DNA of 64,000 nucleotides, taken from assembly GCA_963729045.1 (NCBI GenBank), contig CAVSMN010000016.1, forward strand, positions 32,001 to 96,000, given 5' to 3'. The position numbers and the translations under genes are program-made. Shown piece by piece: positions 10,811 through 21,202 of the stretch. The DNA is from an uncultured Nitrososphaeraceae archaeon. Lineage in GTDB: Archaea; Thermoproteota; Nitrososphaeria; Nitrososphaerales; Nitrososphaeraceae. Below the pieces are notes generated by a model. The model did not search any database. It had not been told where the DNA came from and was given only the letters and a program-made list of their open reading frames with translations. The stretch's first letter is position 1, and each line of letters starts with the position of its first letter.

Positions 10811-11647
10811 ATGAAAATAATTTTTTTTGTGAAGTTTGCTTTTAGCACTAACGCCTTTACCAATTATTCATTAACCCAATCAATAGAAGAAATTTCCAAA
10901 ATAGGTTATGATGGTGTCGAGATAATGTGTGACGTTCCTCATGCATATCCCCCAAAATTGAATGAAAATAAAATTAAGGAAATTAGTAATTCGCTAATTC
11001 GTAATAGAATAGAAATTTCCAATCTAAATGCTTTTACTTTATTTGGCTTAGGTGATACATACCATCCTTCTTGGATAGAAAATGCAGAAGATGTCCGAGA
11101 GCTCCGCATCCAACATACTTTAGATTGCATTAATCTAGCTGAAAAACTTGGTGCAAAAAATATTTCTATAGAACCAGGGGGACCAATCGAGGTGCCTACA
11201 AACAGAGATAAGTATTTAGATCTTTTTGCGATGGGAATAAGAGATGTTCTTCCTCATGCGGAAAAAAAACAGATAAAGGTATTAATTGAACCAGAACCTG
11301 AATTATTGATTGAATCTTCGACTGAATTTTTGCATTTTATGAAGGAATTTGATTCTGAATTTTTGAAATTAAATTTTGATATTGGCCATTTTCACTGTGT
11401 TAATGAGGATCCAAGTGCTTTAATTCTCAAATTACAGGCCTATATCGAACATTTTCATATGGCCGACATAAAAAACAGAAAACATTTCCATTTGATCCCT
11501 GGACATGGATCGATTGATTTCAAATCCGTTTTTGCGAAAATGGACGAGATAGGCTATAAAGGATATGTTACTGTCGAACTCTACCCTTATAAGACAAACC
11601 CAATATATGCTGCTGTAGAATCGATAAAGTATATTAATTCAATCTAG
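10811..11647 (+). CDS. Sugar phosphate isomerase/epimerase (xylose isomerase-like TIM barrel), ebo-cluster type
   Basis: AFSTNAF...GYDGVEIM.D.PH, IEPEP, FDIGH, HFHMAD, H.HLIPG.GSIDF, TVELY; true start may be GTG 10829. Confidence 0.85.
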   Translation: MKIIFFVKFAFSTNAFTNYSLTQSIEEISKIGYDGVEIMCDVPHAYPPKLNENKIKEISNSLIRNRIEISNLNAFTLFGLGDTYHPSWIENAEDVRELRIQHTLDCINLAEKLGAKNISIEPGGPIEVPTNRDKYLDLFAMGIRDVLPHAEKKQIKVLIEPEPELLIESSTEFLHFMKEFDSEFLKLNFDIGHFHCVNEDPSALILKLQAYIEHFHMADIKNRKHFHLIPGHGSIDFKSVFAKMDEIGYKGYVTVELYPYKTNPIYAAVESIKYINSI

Positions 11648-11680
11648 GTTATGTAACTTAAAATATTTGGATGAACAATC

Positions 11681-12618
11681 ATGTTTCAAAATCCCTACCT
11701 AAAGCTCCTCCGAATTTCTAATGTTTTCACGGTTCCACCAGACATTATTGTAGGATTTTTAGCAGTATCCATCCAACTTAACTTCTTCGACTGGTCACAG
11801 TATTTCCGATCTCGTAATTTTGATTTTTTCTTCCATTTTTTTATACCTTGGAGGTATGGTCTCAAATGATATATTTGATATCAAAGTGGATAGACTAGAG
11901 AGACCAACTAGACCATTGCCCTCAGGCAGTATAAGAAAAACAAATGCATTACTTCTGACCATCCTCATGTTTAGTTTGGGATTAATCCTTGCGGTCATTT
12001 GTCAATCATTCTGCTCTTGGAATCTCATTGTTACTCATTATAGGTATAATATCCTATAATTATAAAATCAAGAATGGATTTTTCAGACCATATTTGATGG
12101 CAGGAATACGAGCATTGAATGTTATTTATGGCGCCAGTTTTGTATTTGACATATCCAATTATAGCACGGGTCTTAGCTCTTTTCTATTACTTGCTTTGGC
12201 ATCTTGTGTCGTGTATTTTCATATCTTCATCCTGACCTCTCTTAGCAAAAGCGAAACAACCCGAGAATTTTTAAGAGTCAAAAACGTCCTAAATATTCAA
12301 AAAATTCAAATCATATATCTTGTATTTCTGCTTTTCTCTTTATCACTAGCAATAATTTTAATACCCTTTAAATTGGATTTCCTGATTTTCATCCTATTCT
12401 TCTTGTTCTTGATCAATTTACTTTTCAATAGAGCTTCCAAAATGGACAACAGCCAAGGCGAATCAATGATAAGATTCATGGTCAAACATATGCTAATTCT
12501 GCTTATAATTCTGGATTGCGCATTCATAGCTGGTGAAGCTGGTCTACTCAGCGGGTCAATTGTAGCATTACTTACAATTCCGTGCATAGTACTTGGTAAA
12601 TGGATTAGCATGACTTGA
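11681..12618 (+). CDS. UbiA-family prenyltransferase (EboC/SCO3242-like), split by two frameshifts (~11800, ~12000)
   Basis: Joined ORFs 11681..11869, 11820..12059, 11989..12618: LLRISNVFTVPPD, YLGGMVSNDIFDIKVDRLERPTRPLPSG (first Asp-rich motif), YN..K...P.LMA..R.LN; multiple TM helices. Confidence 0.85.
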
Positions 12619-12729
12619 GCAAGTACATAGATTAGGCTATAATTTCTTTTTTTTCATCCAAAATTACAATCTGACGAGATATAGGCATATCAGTTGAAGT
12701 GCTTAATTTACAAATTTTTTTAAATGGGC

Positions 12730-13286
12730 TTTCACGAAGTGTATTCAACATGAATAGAACTATTAATTTGACTTTACTTGTAACTCTATGCTGTTTTTTA
12801 ACATCAGCTTTTATCTTTAGCTGGCCACCAAATGATCCAAACAGTCATGCTTCTTCTTTCTTACCTGAGAAGAATTCAACATTTTCAAATTCTTCAACAA
12901 GTAGTTTTGAAAGTAATCCAATAACGACAATTATCATTCCAAATGAGGGTTCAAATTTAATTACAAATTCTAATAGTGATAATAATAATGTAACTGGACA
13001 AAGTGCCCACCAAACAAATCCATTGTCCTCTATTAATACCAGCTCAAGTTTAGTGAAAAATCAAAGTGATTTTGCTTCCTCTTCTGATACTTTAAAGAGG
13101 AATGTTAGTAGTGAAGGTACTAATAATGATACCTTATCGGATTCTCAACAAAGAGGCAAATACCTAACTGACAATAACGGAATTCACTATTATAATATCA
13201 ATAATTGTAGTGAGAAGAAAGGATCATCAGGCATCGGGGAAATGTCTGAATGTGAAGATGCTGCAAAGGAAATGAGTGAAGAATAG
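12730..13286 (+). CDS. Secreted or membrane-anchored Ser/Asn-rich low-complexity protein with C-terminal Cys pair
   Basis: In frame with ORF 12699..13286; ATG 12730 followed by hydrophobic segment; C-terminus CSEKKGSSGIGEMSEC. Confidence 0.7.
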
Positions 13287-13466
13287 AAAAAAAATCATTG
13301 GTTTGACTTTAAGGACTAATGATAAATAAAGTACGGTAATTTTATTTATTATTATTTGTTTGCACATCAACTCAATAGAATTCTGGTACGCATTTTTTCA
13401 TAATATATTTCAAAAAAATAAGGTGAAGGTCCGCAAAATACTAATACCAATAGATAAACGAACTTT

Positions 13467-13835
13467 CTATGGTGCTATATTGTCCCTTTTGAGATTACTA
13501 AGTGGGTTTTTTTCTCGTATGGCCAATATTCCTGCAATAACAAATAATGCCAATGCTGGTATTGCGAACCATTGAATAAGTGCGAAAAGCATTACACCAC
13601 ACGCTATCAAGATACCTCCAACAATTTTATTATTTTTAATCTTAAATGCAGCAAGAATAGCTCCTACGTTTATTGCTATTATAGCTATTGCTATTAGTAG
13701 AGCCCAGCCAACAAAAAGGGCCAATATTGGGATTCCAACAAAGCTATTTATCAGAAAATACAAAAAGAGCCCGATAAAGGGAATAATGAGTCCTAAAATA
13801 GCTGTAATAATAGTTAGCTTTTGATAGCCTTTCAT
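13467..13835 (-). CDS. Small multi-TM membrane protein (DUF4064-like)
   Basis: 122 aa, about four hydrophobic helices, GGILIACG...IPALALFVIAGILA. Confidence 0.75.
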   Translation of the reverse strand: MKGYQKLTIITAILGLIIPFIGLFLYFLINSFVGIPILALFVGWALLIAIAIIAINVGAILAAFKIKNNKIVGGILIACGVMLFALIQWFAIPALALFVIAGILAIREKNPLSNLKRDNIAP

Positions 13836-14328
13836 ATTTTTGTATATAGAGAATAGTAATTAAGTCATGATCCTATTGCTCTTCCTATTATCTTGGTAAG
13901 TACCCCTGTACAGGACCGTTTTAGTAAATAAAGATTAATTTTAATAATGAATGATGTTGAAAGTTGAAAATTGGGTGACAATTAAAATATCAACCCTTTT
14001 TCCGCCATAATGCCAATCGTGGTGTAATGTGATGCCGACCCTTTCAACAACTTCCAGATTTTCCAGACGTGTATTGGTTTGAAGGTAAGACATTGGGATA
14101 TCAAGCAAGGGATTTGGATGTTGTTTTTGCTTGACAACAATGCTTTATTAGATGCAATATTAGGTGCACCTAACTATAATATAAACAATTTCTTGATTAT
14201 CAAAAGTAATAATATCATCAACAAGAATTAAACCGATTGTATATGTTTCAAGCATAAAAACATGGTTTTATTATTAATATCAATATAATTCACTAGTTTT
14301 AAATAAGAACTTACGATATCTCCTATAT

Positions 14329-14475
14329 ATGGCAAAATGTCCATCTTGTAAGGAATCAATAAATCTAAGCCAACTAATAACAGAGGAATTTGAGGATGGG
14401 GACCTATTATTCAAGTTCTTAGGCTTGAGTTGTCCCAAGTGCGAGATACTTTTAAAAATACAAAAAATTGATTAA
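14329..14475 (+). CDS. Zn-ribbon microprotein, 48 aa (two CPxC motifs)
   Basis: Hand-translated MAKCPSCKESINLSQLITEEFEDGDLLFKFLGLSCPKCEILLKIQKID; ttttaaata at 14297-14305 upstream. Confidence 0.75.
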   Translation: MAKCPSCKESINLSQLITEEFEDGDLLFKFLGLSCPKCEILLKIQKID

Positions 14476-14713
14476 TACACATTTAATAGACAACTAACGA
14501 ATTTTGGATCTGTCTTCGGGTCTTCTTTTTTTAATTAGTCATTCAATTTTCTTTTTTCGATAATATTGGATTAAATGAATTTGTACTTTAGAAATCCATT
14601 ATTTGTTATTCTCTAGAATGACAGCGAGGAAATTATTATTGGACAAGCAAACTAGTGTCCATCTTTTTGTTATTACCTATACAAGCAGAATTTTGTATTG
14701 ATTAATAAATACT

Positions 14714-16171
14714 ATGACCAATATATTTACTTGTTTGACAAACAACACTAGTAAAAATTCAAAATATTTTGTTATTTTAGATATCGTGGGATTAGATGTT
14801 TCTCGTATTGAATCTTCAGCACAAATATATCCTAACATATCCAGTTTGTTTGAGAACGACGGTGAATATGGATACATGAAACCCGTGTTTCCCTCAGTTA
14901 CATGTACCTCACAGGCTAGTATTTTGACAGGAAAATATCCAAAGGAACATGGTATTATTTCAAATGGTTTTTTCGATAGAGAAAACTTCCAGACTTTGTT
15001 CTGGGAGCAATCTACTAATCTGGTTCAATCTGAAAAAATATGGGATACACTAAAAAACAAAAATAACATGCTCAAAACAGCCCTATTATTCTGGCAAAAT
15101 TCTATGTATTCGAACAATGACTATGTTGTCACTCCTCGTCCTATCCATTTAGAAAATGGACAGATGGATATGTGGTGTTATTCTAAACCGGTTAACTATT
15201 ACGAGGAAATAAGCAAAGAAGTTGGCGAATTCAATCTGATGAATTATTGGGGCCCATTTGCATCCATAAAGTCCTCAGAATGGATATCAAAATCTGTTCA
15301 ATACACTATCAAAAACCATCGTCCCAATTTGTTGTATGCATATTTTCCACAACTCGATTATACTGCGCAAAAATTTGGGCATTCTAGTTCCCAAGTAACC
15401 GACGATTTAAAGCAAATCGATATTTATGTTGGTAATATTATAGAAAAGGTCAAGGAAGCAGGTATCTTTGATGAAACTCATTTTCTATTGCTCTCTGAGT
15501 ACGGATTTAACGATGTCAAAGATGCAATACCAATAAATAGAATATTAAGAGAAAAGGGATTGCTTCAGGTGAGAACAATTAATGGAAAAGAGTATATTGA
15601 CTATGAATATAGTGATGCGTTTGCAATGGTAGATCATCAGATAGCACACATTTATATCAACAACAGAAACAATATGAGCAAAGAAAAGATTAAGATTGCT
15701 ATTGAAGGTGTTCCCGGAATCGACAAAGTTTGCGATGAGGAAGAAAAACAAAAACTTCACATAAACCATTCAAGAAGTGGAGAGCTTATTGCCATAGCGG
15801 AAATAGACAAATGGTTTAGTTACTACTGGTGGTACGATGAACAGAAAAATAAGAGCCCAAATTTGGATGAAACTGAAACTGATGATGGCAATGACAATGC
15901 ACCTAGCTTTACTAAAACAGTGGATATTCACAGAAAACCCGGTTATGATCCTCTAGATCTTTTCATAGACCCAAAAAGAAAATGCATCTCCACAGATACC
16001 CGTCTAATAAAGGGTTCCCATGGACGACCATATAATATTGAATCAGGAGAGGGATTATCGGCCTTCCTATCAAACAAAAAGATTGAACACATCAAAAAAG
16101 AGAAGTTTGACGGGTGTCCAGTAATAAATTGCCTGGATATTTTTGATATTGTAAAAAAGAACTTTATTTAA
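14714..16171 (+). CDS. Alkaline phosphatase superfamily / nucleotide pyrophosphatase-phosphodiesterase, EboF-like
   Basis: LDIVGL, FPSVTCTSQASILTG..P..HGIISNG, FWEQS..LVQ, LSEYG, VDHQIAHIY, TVDIHRKPGYDP, LIKGSHG. Confidence 0.85.
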   Translation: MTNIFTCLTNNTSKNSKYFVILDIVGLDVSRIESSAQIYPNISSLFENDGEYGYMKPVFPSVTCTSQASILTGKYPKEHGIISNGFFDRENFQTLFWEQSTNLVQSEKIWDTLKNKNNMLKTALLFWQNSMYSNNDYVVTPRPIHLENGQMDMWCYSKPVNYYEEISKEVGEFNLMNYWGPFASIKSSEWISKSVQYTIKNHRPNLLYAYFPQLDYTAQKFGHSSSQVTDDLKQIDIYVGNIIEKVKEAGIFDETHFLLLSEYGFNDVKDAIPINRILREKGLLQVRTINGKEYIDYEYSDAFAMVDHQIAHIYINNRNNMSKEKIKIAIEGVPGIDKVCDEEEKQKLHINHSRSGELIAIAEIDKWFSYYWWYDEQKNKSPNLDETETDDGNDNAPSFTKTVDIHRKPGYDPLDLFIDPKRKCISTDTRLIKGSHGRPYNIESGEGLSAFLSNKKIEHIKKEKFDGCPVINCLDIFDIVKKNFI

Positions 16172-16232
16172 GAAGTTAGGAAAATTAGAAAGCATATTAG
16201 CATAAAATAATAGAAAATAAGAATCAAAGGAA

Positions 16233-17069
16233 ATGGCATTTTCATATTCTATTACATTATCTTCATTTCTGAACGTACAAAAAAACGAATTAGAAACTCT
16301 AGAGAACCTTAGCCGACTCGGTTTAACTGAAGTGGAATTGTATGGAGAACCAGATGAGGTAAACTCGGAATCCCTTAAGGATCTTTTGAATTCATTTGAT
16401 ATTAGGGTAATAGGTATCACTGGAATGTGGGGTAGGTCGAGTTTGAATGGATGGAAAAGACGTCTTTTAAGTAACGATAAATCCATACTGAAATATTCTG
16501 AAGATTATGTGTTAAAGTGTATTAAGTTATGTAACTATTTTGGAGGAAAACGAATTAATTTATGTTTGTTTTCAGATCCTATTTATTCTTTTGATGTAAC
16601 CCATAGAAACGTTAATGAAAACAACAAGACTAAAGTGTTAGAAAGTTGTGTGCCATTGTTGAACCGTCTTTTAAAAACTGCAAGAGAAGAAAATGTCTCT
16701 TTGATGGTCGAACCACTAAATCGTTATTCAACACCTTACTGTTGTACTTATTCAGATGTAATCTCGCTGATTGAAAAGTGTGATGAATTAGAACTCATGT
16801 TAGATACCTTTCATATGAATATTGAGGAAGATTCTTTTGAGGATGCGATCTTAAATTCCCACCTTATCCTCTCCCATATGCACTTTGCTGATAACAACAG
16901 GAAGATGCCTGGTTTTGGCCATATCGATTTTAATATGATAGTAAAAACCTTAAAAAAAATTTCATATGATGGCAAAATTAGTTTTGAACCCACAATCTTG
17001 AATAGAAATTATTATTCTGCAGTGAAATTTGGATTAGACCATGTAAAAAAACTTGATTTAAAATATTAA
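16233..17069 (+). CDS. Sugar phosphate isomerase/epimerase (D-tagatose 3-epimerase/IolO-like TIM barrel)
   Basis: VEPLNRY, LDTFHMNIEE, HMHFADNNRKMPGFGHIDF, ISFE. Confidence 0.85.
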   Translation: MAFSYSITLSSFLNVQKNELETLENLSRLGLTEVELYGEPDEVNSESLKDLLNSFDIRVIGITGMWGRSSLNGWKRRLLSNDKSILKYSEDYVLKCIKLCNYFGGKRINLCLFSDPIYSFDVTHRNVNENNKTKVLESCVPLLNRLLKTAREENVSLMVEPLNRYSTPYCCTYSDVISLIEKCDELELMLDTFHMNIEEDSFEDAILNSHLILSHMHFADNNRKMPGFGHIDFNMIVKTLKKISYDGKISFEPTILNRNYYSAVKFGLDHVKKLDLKY

Positions 17070-17167
17070 ATATATAAAAATTCTGAAATGATGACTACTT
17101 AATATGAAAATATTCCGCAGTATATCAATCTTTATTAATAAAGGCAATAGCATAATTACAGATTATT

Positions 17168-17398
17168 TTGAGTGAAGCCTATGTATTATTGAATGTTAAT
17201 TATAAGAAACAATCCAACGTAATAGATCAAATAAAACAGTTATCTACAGTAAGGGCAGTAAAATCTGTCTATGGAATTTATGATCTAGTGATCATTTTTG
17301 AGTCGGATAATTTGCAACAAGTAAAAAGCGAAATAGATGAAAAGTTACCTCTTATTGAAGGAATAGAGAACATGACCACTTTGATATCTGTTTCATAA
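17168..17398 (+). CDS. Stand-alone Lrp/AsnC ligand-binding (RAM) domain protein
   Basis: AYVLLNV...VYGIYDLVI...IEGIENMTTLI; 76 aa, no HTH. Confidence 0.85.
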   Translation: MSEAYVLLNVNYKKQSNVIDQIKQLSTVRAVKSVYGIYDLVIIFESDNLQQVKSEIDEKLPLIEGIENMTTLISVS

Positions 17399-17445
17399 AA
17401 GAAGACAAGGCTTGTTTTGTTAAAGGTAGAATATTGGAGAAATGA

Positions 17446-18435
17446 TTGAGAATGTCAATTGAAGAGTATGAAGTTATTATAGTAGGAGCAGGGCCCTCAG
17501 GACTTTCAGCGGGCATATTTGTAGCAAGACAGAGGACCAAATGTCTTTTGATTTCAAAGGACTTGGGTGGACAGATGAACCTGATTCCTAAACTTGAGAA
17601 TTATCCCGGAACTATGATGTCAAGCGGACCACTCCTTGCTAAAACATTGGAAAATCAATATTTAACATTTAATGGTGAAATGACTTATGATACTGTAGAA
17701 AAGGTCGATCAAATTGAAGGCAGTACAGACCTGAAGGTAAAAACAGGACGTTCTGAATATCTCACAAAAGCACTAATTCTTGCACCAGGAAAAGTTCCAA
17801 ATAATTTAGGGGTTGAAAATGAAATCCAATTTCAAAACAAAGGCGTTCATTACTGTACAAAATGTGACGCTCCTTTTTATCAAGGCAGAACTACTGCTAC
17901 TGTTGGAGTCGGGGGCTACCTTTTAGAATCTGGCATATTGTTGTCTAGAATGGCATCAAAAGTATACCTTATTTATCGTGGTGGTCAGCTCGGAGGAGAT
18001 AGGGATATGATAGAATCTATTAAAAAGAAAAATAACGTAGAACTCATTCCAAATAGCTCAGTTACCCTAGTTTCAGGTAACAACTCTTTACAGCAAATTC
18101 AAATTAAAGATAATGCGGGTGTAGAGAAAATGATAAACGTTGATGGTTTATTTGTCGAAATGGGATCCAAGATAAATCTAGATTTTGTAAAACATCTTAT
18201 TAAACTTAACACAAAAGGTGAGATCGAGGTTACTGATGGAGGAAAGACCACTCACCCAGCCATTTTTGCGTCAGGCGATGCAACAAACATTCCTTATAAG
18301 CAGATCGTGGCAGCATGCGGTGACGGTGCGTCTGCAGGAATTTCTGCATTTAATTATATTGAGAAATTAAAAGGAAAACCTGGTATCCGTTCTGATTGGA
18401 AGAAAACTATTGGTGATACTGTGTTCCATTATTAG
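17446..18435 (+). CDS. trxB: Thioredoxin reductase-like FAD/NAD(P)H disulfide oxidoreductase
   Basis: IVGAGPSGLSA, LENYPG, YCTKCDAP (CxxC), IFASGD, AACGDGASA. Confidence 0.85.
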   Translation: MRMSIEEYEVIIVGAGPSGLSAGIFVARQRTKCLLISKDLGGQMNLIPKLENYPGTMMSSGPLLAKTLENQYLTFNGEMTYDTVEKVDQIEGSTDLKVKTGRSEYLTKALILAPGKVPNNLGVENEIQFQNKGVHYCTKCDAPFYQGRTTATVGVGGYLLESGILLSRMASKVYLIYRGGQLGGDRDMIESIKKKNNVELIPNSSVTLVSGNNSLQQIQIKDNAGVEKMINVDGLFVEMGSKINLDFVKHLIKLNTKGEIEVTDGGKTTHPAIFASGDATNIPYKQIVAACGDGASAGISAFNYIEKLKGKPGIRSDWKKTIGDTVFHY

Positions 18436-18577
18436 GGATAGATTGTGACGCTCTTTCTTCCTTATTCTCTTTAAATTAAGCACTTGCTAGGGTACTTTAC
18501 TCCATACTTTTATTAAAAAAACAGCATTTTTTATTGGTAATATCTAGACTTTATTAAATCATTATTTACCCCCTGGC

Positions 18578-18814
18578 CTACTTTTGACGATCTTTGTTAT
18601 CTAGATAATTCGTTAGATTCATTGAATAAAATTTTTTCAATGAAGGAATGTTCTTTTCGTATTCATCAAAAACGATAAATAATGTAAATTTGATAAACTC
18701 CTCAATCTCATTTGAGTTTATTGACCCAGATTCAAACAGGTCCTTAATTATCGTTTTCAATTTGGTTAGCTTTTCTTCTTCTATACTAATACTGAAGTTT
18801 GTGTATGTTGTCAC
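18578..18814 (-). CDS. Small hypothetical protein
   Basis: 78-aa ORF with amphipathic helices; tttatata upstream on minus strand. Confidence 0.5.
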   Translation of the reverse strand: MTTYTNFSISIEEEKLTKLKTIIKDLFESGSINSNEIEEFIKFTLFIVFDEYEKNIPSLKKFYSMNLTNYLDNKDRQK

Positions 18815-19175
18815 TTGGATTATGTACTTTATTTGGTATTTATCCTAATCTAGGTAAATTTATATAAAGATTTTATTGATGAATCCGTTATAATATTGAA
18901 GTTTCGATTAACAATAAGTTAAAACAGAGCTAATGCTTCTAGAATTTTGGGTATTTGGTCTTGTTTGGACAGAAATGAGATAAGCAATTCTAGGCGGACA
19001 ATGAGAGCTGTATATACCAACATCCCCAATATACCTCAATTCAAATCTGAACAATCGTACAAATATACTACCAAATGGTTGATTTCATAAGAAGAATTAA
19101 TAAATAAATTTAGTTAGCAATTTTTTACTGCTACATTCTTCAAATTTGATATAAATTATAAAAATAAAATCCTTA

Positions 19176-19748
19176 ATGTCTATGACCAGTACTAAAAGTT
19201 TTTCTACAAAAAACGCAGGTGTTCTCGTAGTAGCAGTATTTTCCATAGCAATCTCAATGGGATTAAGTCAGGTGTCCTCAGCAATGGCCCTGGACGAGCT
19301 TTTGGATTGTAAAGGAGTTGCAAATGGATCTAATGATCTTGATACGAAAGATAAAATGTCGTGTGATGAAAATGAAGACAAAGTATCAAAAAATTCGGAT
19401 ATCAAATCTGAAAATGACGATTCTGCATCTTCAAATGATGATGATGATGCTGATCAAAGTAGTGGAATAGAAAGTAAGACTGATAGTGTTCTAACGGCAG
19501 GTCCTGCAGTAGCATCACCAGATGATCACATCATTAAACCAATCAACCTAAATAAGGGCACAGATTCAGACGAGCCACTAAAAACAAACAATGATAAGCA
19601 CAAACAGTCCGCCGAATCTTCACCAAAACAAATATTTCAAGATAAATTGGATTTAAGAGACCAATTTGACAAGAATACAAATACTGGTGTTTCAGAATTA
19701 TACGAATCATTTGATTTACCCTATACCGCAATTTACAAGAACCAGTAA
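19176..19748 (+). CDS. Secreted acidic low-complexity protein with N-terminal Cys pair
   Basis: Signal peptide ending A-M-A; D/S/N-rich mature region. Confidence 0.7.
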   Translation: MSMTSTKSFSTKNAGVLVVAVFSIAISMGLSQVSSAMALDELLDCKGVANGSNDLDTKDKMSCDENEDKVSKNSDIKSENDDSASSNDDDDADQSSGIESKTDSVLTAGPAVASPDDHIIKPINLNKGTDSDEPLKTNNDKHKQSAESSPKQIFQDKLDLRDQFDKNTNTGVSELYESFDLPYTAIYKNQ

Positions 19749-19993
19749 ACGCATACTTCACCAAGCCTTTTTTTAAATTTTTTTTATTAATTATTATTAT
19801 CATAATGATTCACTTTAGATAGATTCAGATGTTTAATCTTGAACACATGTTAAATCCAACGGATATCGACATTGATCTAAGAGATAGAAAACATAGATTG
19901 ATTAATGTAATTTTTAGATTATTCCTAGTTCGAAAAAAATAAATGTAATACCTATACCAACCAATAAAATAGTAGTATTTTGAAATGCATCAG

Positions 19994-20611
19994 CTAGACA
20001 GTGTGTATTAAATCTGTAAGATTTCTCTTTGGTTTGGGAAATAGCATTTTCCTTGGATATCCAATGCATAAGATCGAGGAAGGCTCCAAATCAGTACCAA
20101 CCACTTCTTTAAGTAATTGTTCATTAAACATGCCTATCCAAATGGAGCTCAATCCTAAAGCATGAGCAGCTAATTGGGCATAACCAGCTGCAAGGGTAGC
20201 GTCTTGAATGGAAAATTTATGTAATACCTCTGGATGAAAATTTAATTTAATTCGTGAAGGGTTAGAACAAAATACTAAAACCAATGGTGCATTTACATAT
20301 GGCTGGTTATTAGCGGCTTTTATTAGGTTCTGTTTTAGCTGGGTATTCTTGAGATGATAAATTTCAAAACCCTGGAACCCACCCGCAGTGGGTGCTGTGT
20401 CAGCAGCGGCAAAAATGATATCTATTTTCCAACCCTCTATTTCTCTTTCCTCAAATTTCCTCTGTGAGCGCCTATTGAGCATAACATTAAAAATATTACT
20501 ATCCAAGACATCGTCCATTTCAGACTTTTCTTGCGGGGTTGGTTCTTTTGGGTAAACTTTTGGAAGTATATCGGAAGGGAACATACTATCCAAAATTCTA
20601 TTATCTTCCAA
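19994..20611 (-). CDS. Nitroreductase family protein
   Basis: RRSQRKF, APTAGG.Q, LAAHALGLSSIWIG, ILCIGYP. Confidence 0.9.
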   Translation of the reverse strand: MEDNRILDSMFPSDILPKVYPKEPTPQEKSEMDDVLDSNIFNVMLNRRSQRKFEEREIEGWKIDIIFAAADTAPTAGGFQGFEIYHLKNTQLKQNLIKAANNQPYVNAPLVLVFCSNPSRIKLNFHPEVLHKFSIQDATLAAGYAQLAAHALGLSSIWIGMFNEQLLKEVVGTDLEPSSILCIGYPRKMLFPKPKRNLTDLIHTV

Positions 20612-20951
20612 TACAAGTAGTAACCAATAGTTATTAAAAAAGATTCTAGATTGAATAAATAAATTCAGTTTTGATATTCGATTTTATTTGTATATTATGA
20701 ATTATGTTTGTACCATTCAAGTTACCTTGGACCAATATGTAACAAAGTTCTATTTAAAAGAAATGATAAAATTTTGCATATAATTTAAATAATCAAATGT
20801 ATGTTAAATAATTACCTTAATTTTGTAATGGTCATTTCTACAAGTAGAAGTTTCTATTTTATTTCCTAAATTAATGGATTTGTGTCAAATTTGGGTTTGA
20901 TTTCCAATTTAATAAACTTTATATTTGTGTCTTATTCTAAATAAGATACAC

Positions 20952-21202
20952 ATGAACACAAAAACAGTTCTAGCATGTAGTGCAGCAGTAATTGCATTTG
21001 CATTAATTGTAGCTCCATTAGCAATATCTCAAGATGCATTAGCAGTGAAGAATAAAGCAAACAAACCATTAAGTAACCAAACAATCTCAATCAACAAAGC
21101 CTATCAATTAGCGGCGGCGGTAATTTCTTATCTGGTAACAACGTAAACTTCCAAGAACCAACAAAACTCGGTAACAACGTCTTAGGCCAAAGTCAGCGAC
21201 TA
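20952..21202 (+). pseudogene. Disrupted third member of the secreted Gln/Asn repeat family
   Basis: Signal peptide ending A-L-A, KNKAN; frame change near 21062 then QTIK*PNNLNQQSLSISGGGNFLSGNNVNFQEPTKLGNNVLGQ (TAA at 21074). Confidence 0.7.

Noticed and set aside
13930..14170. Slightly GC-richer stretch with open minus-strand frames (...HHDWHYGGKRVD...)
   Set aside because: Possibly a gene remnant, but no convincing start or recognisable family
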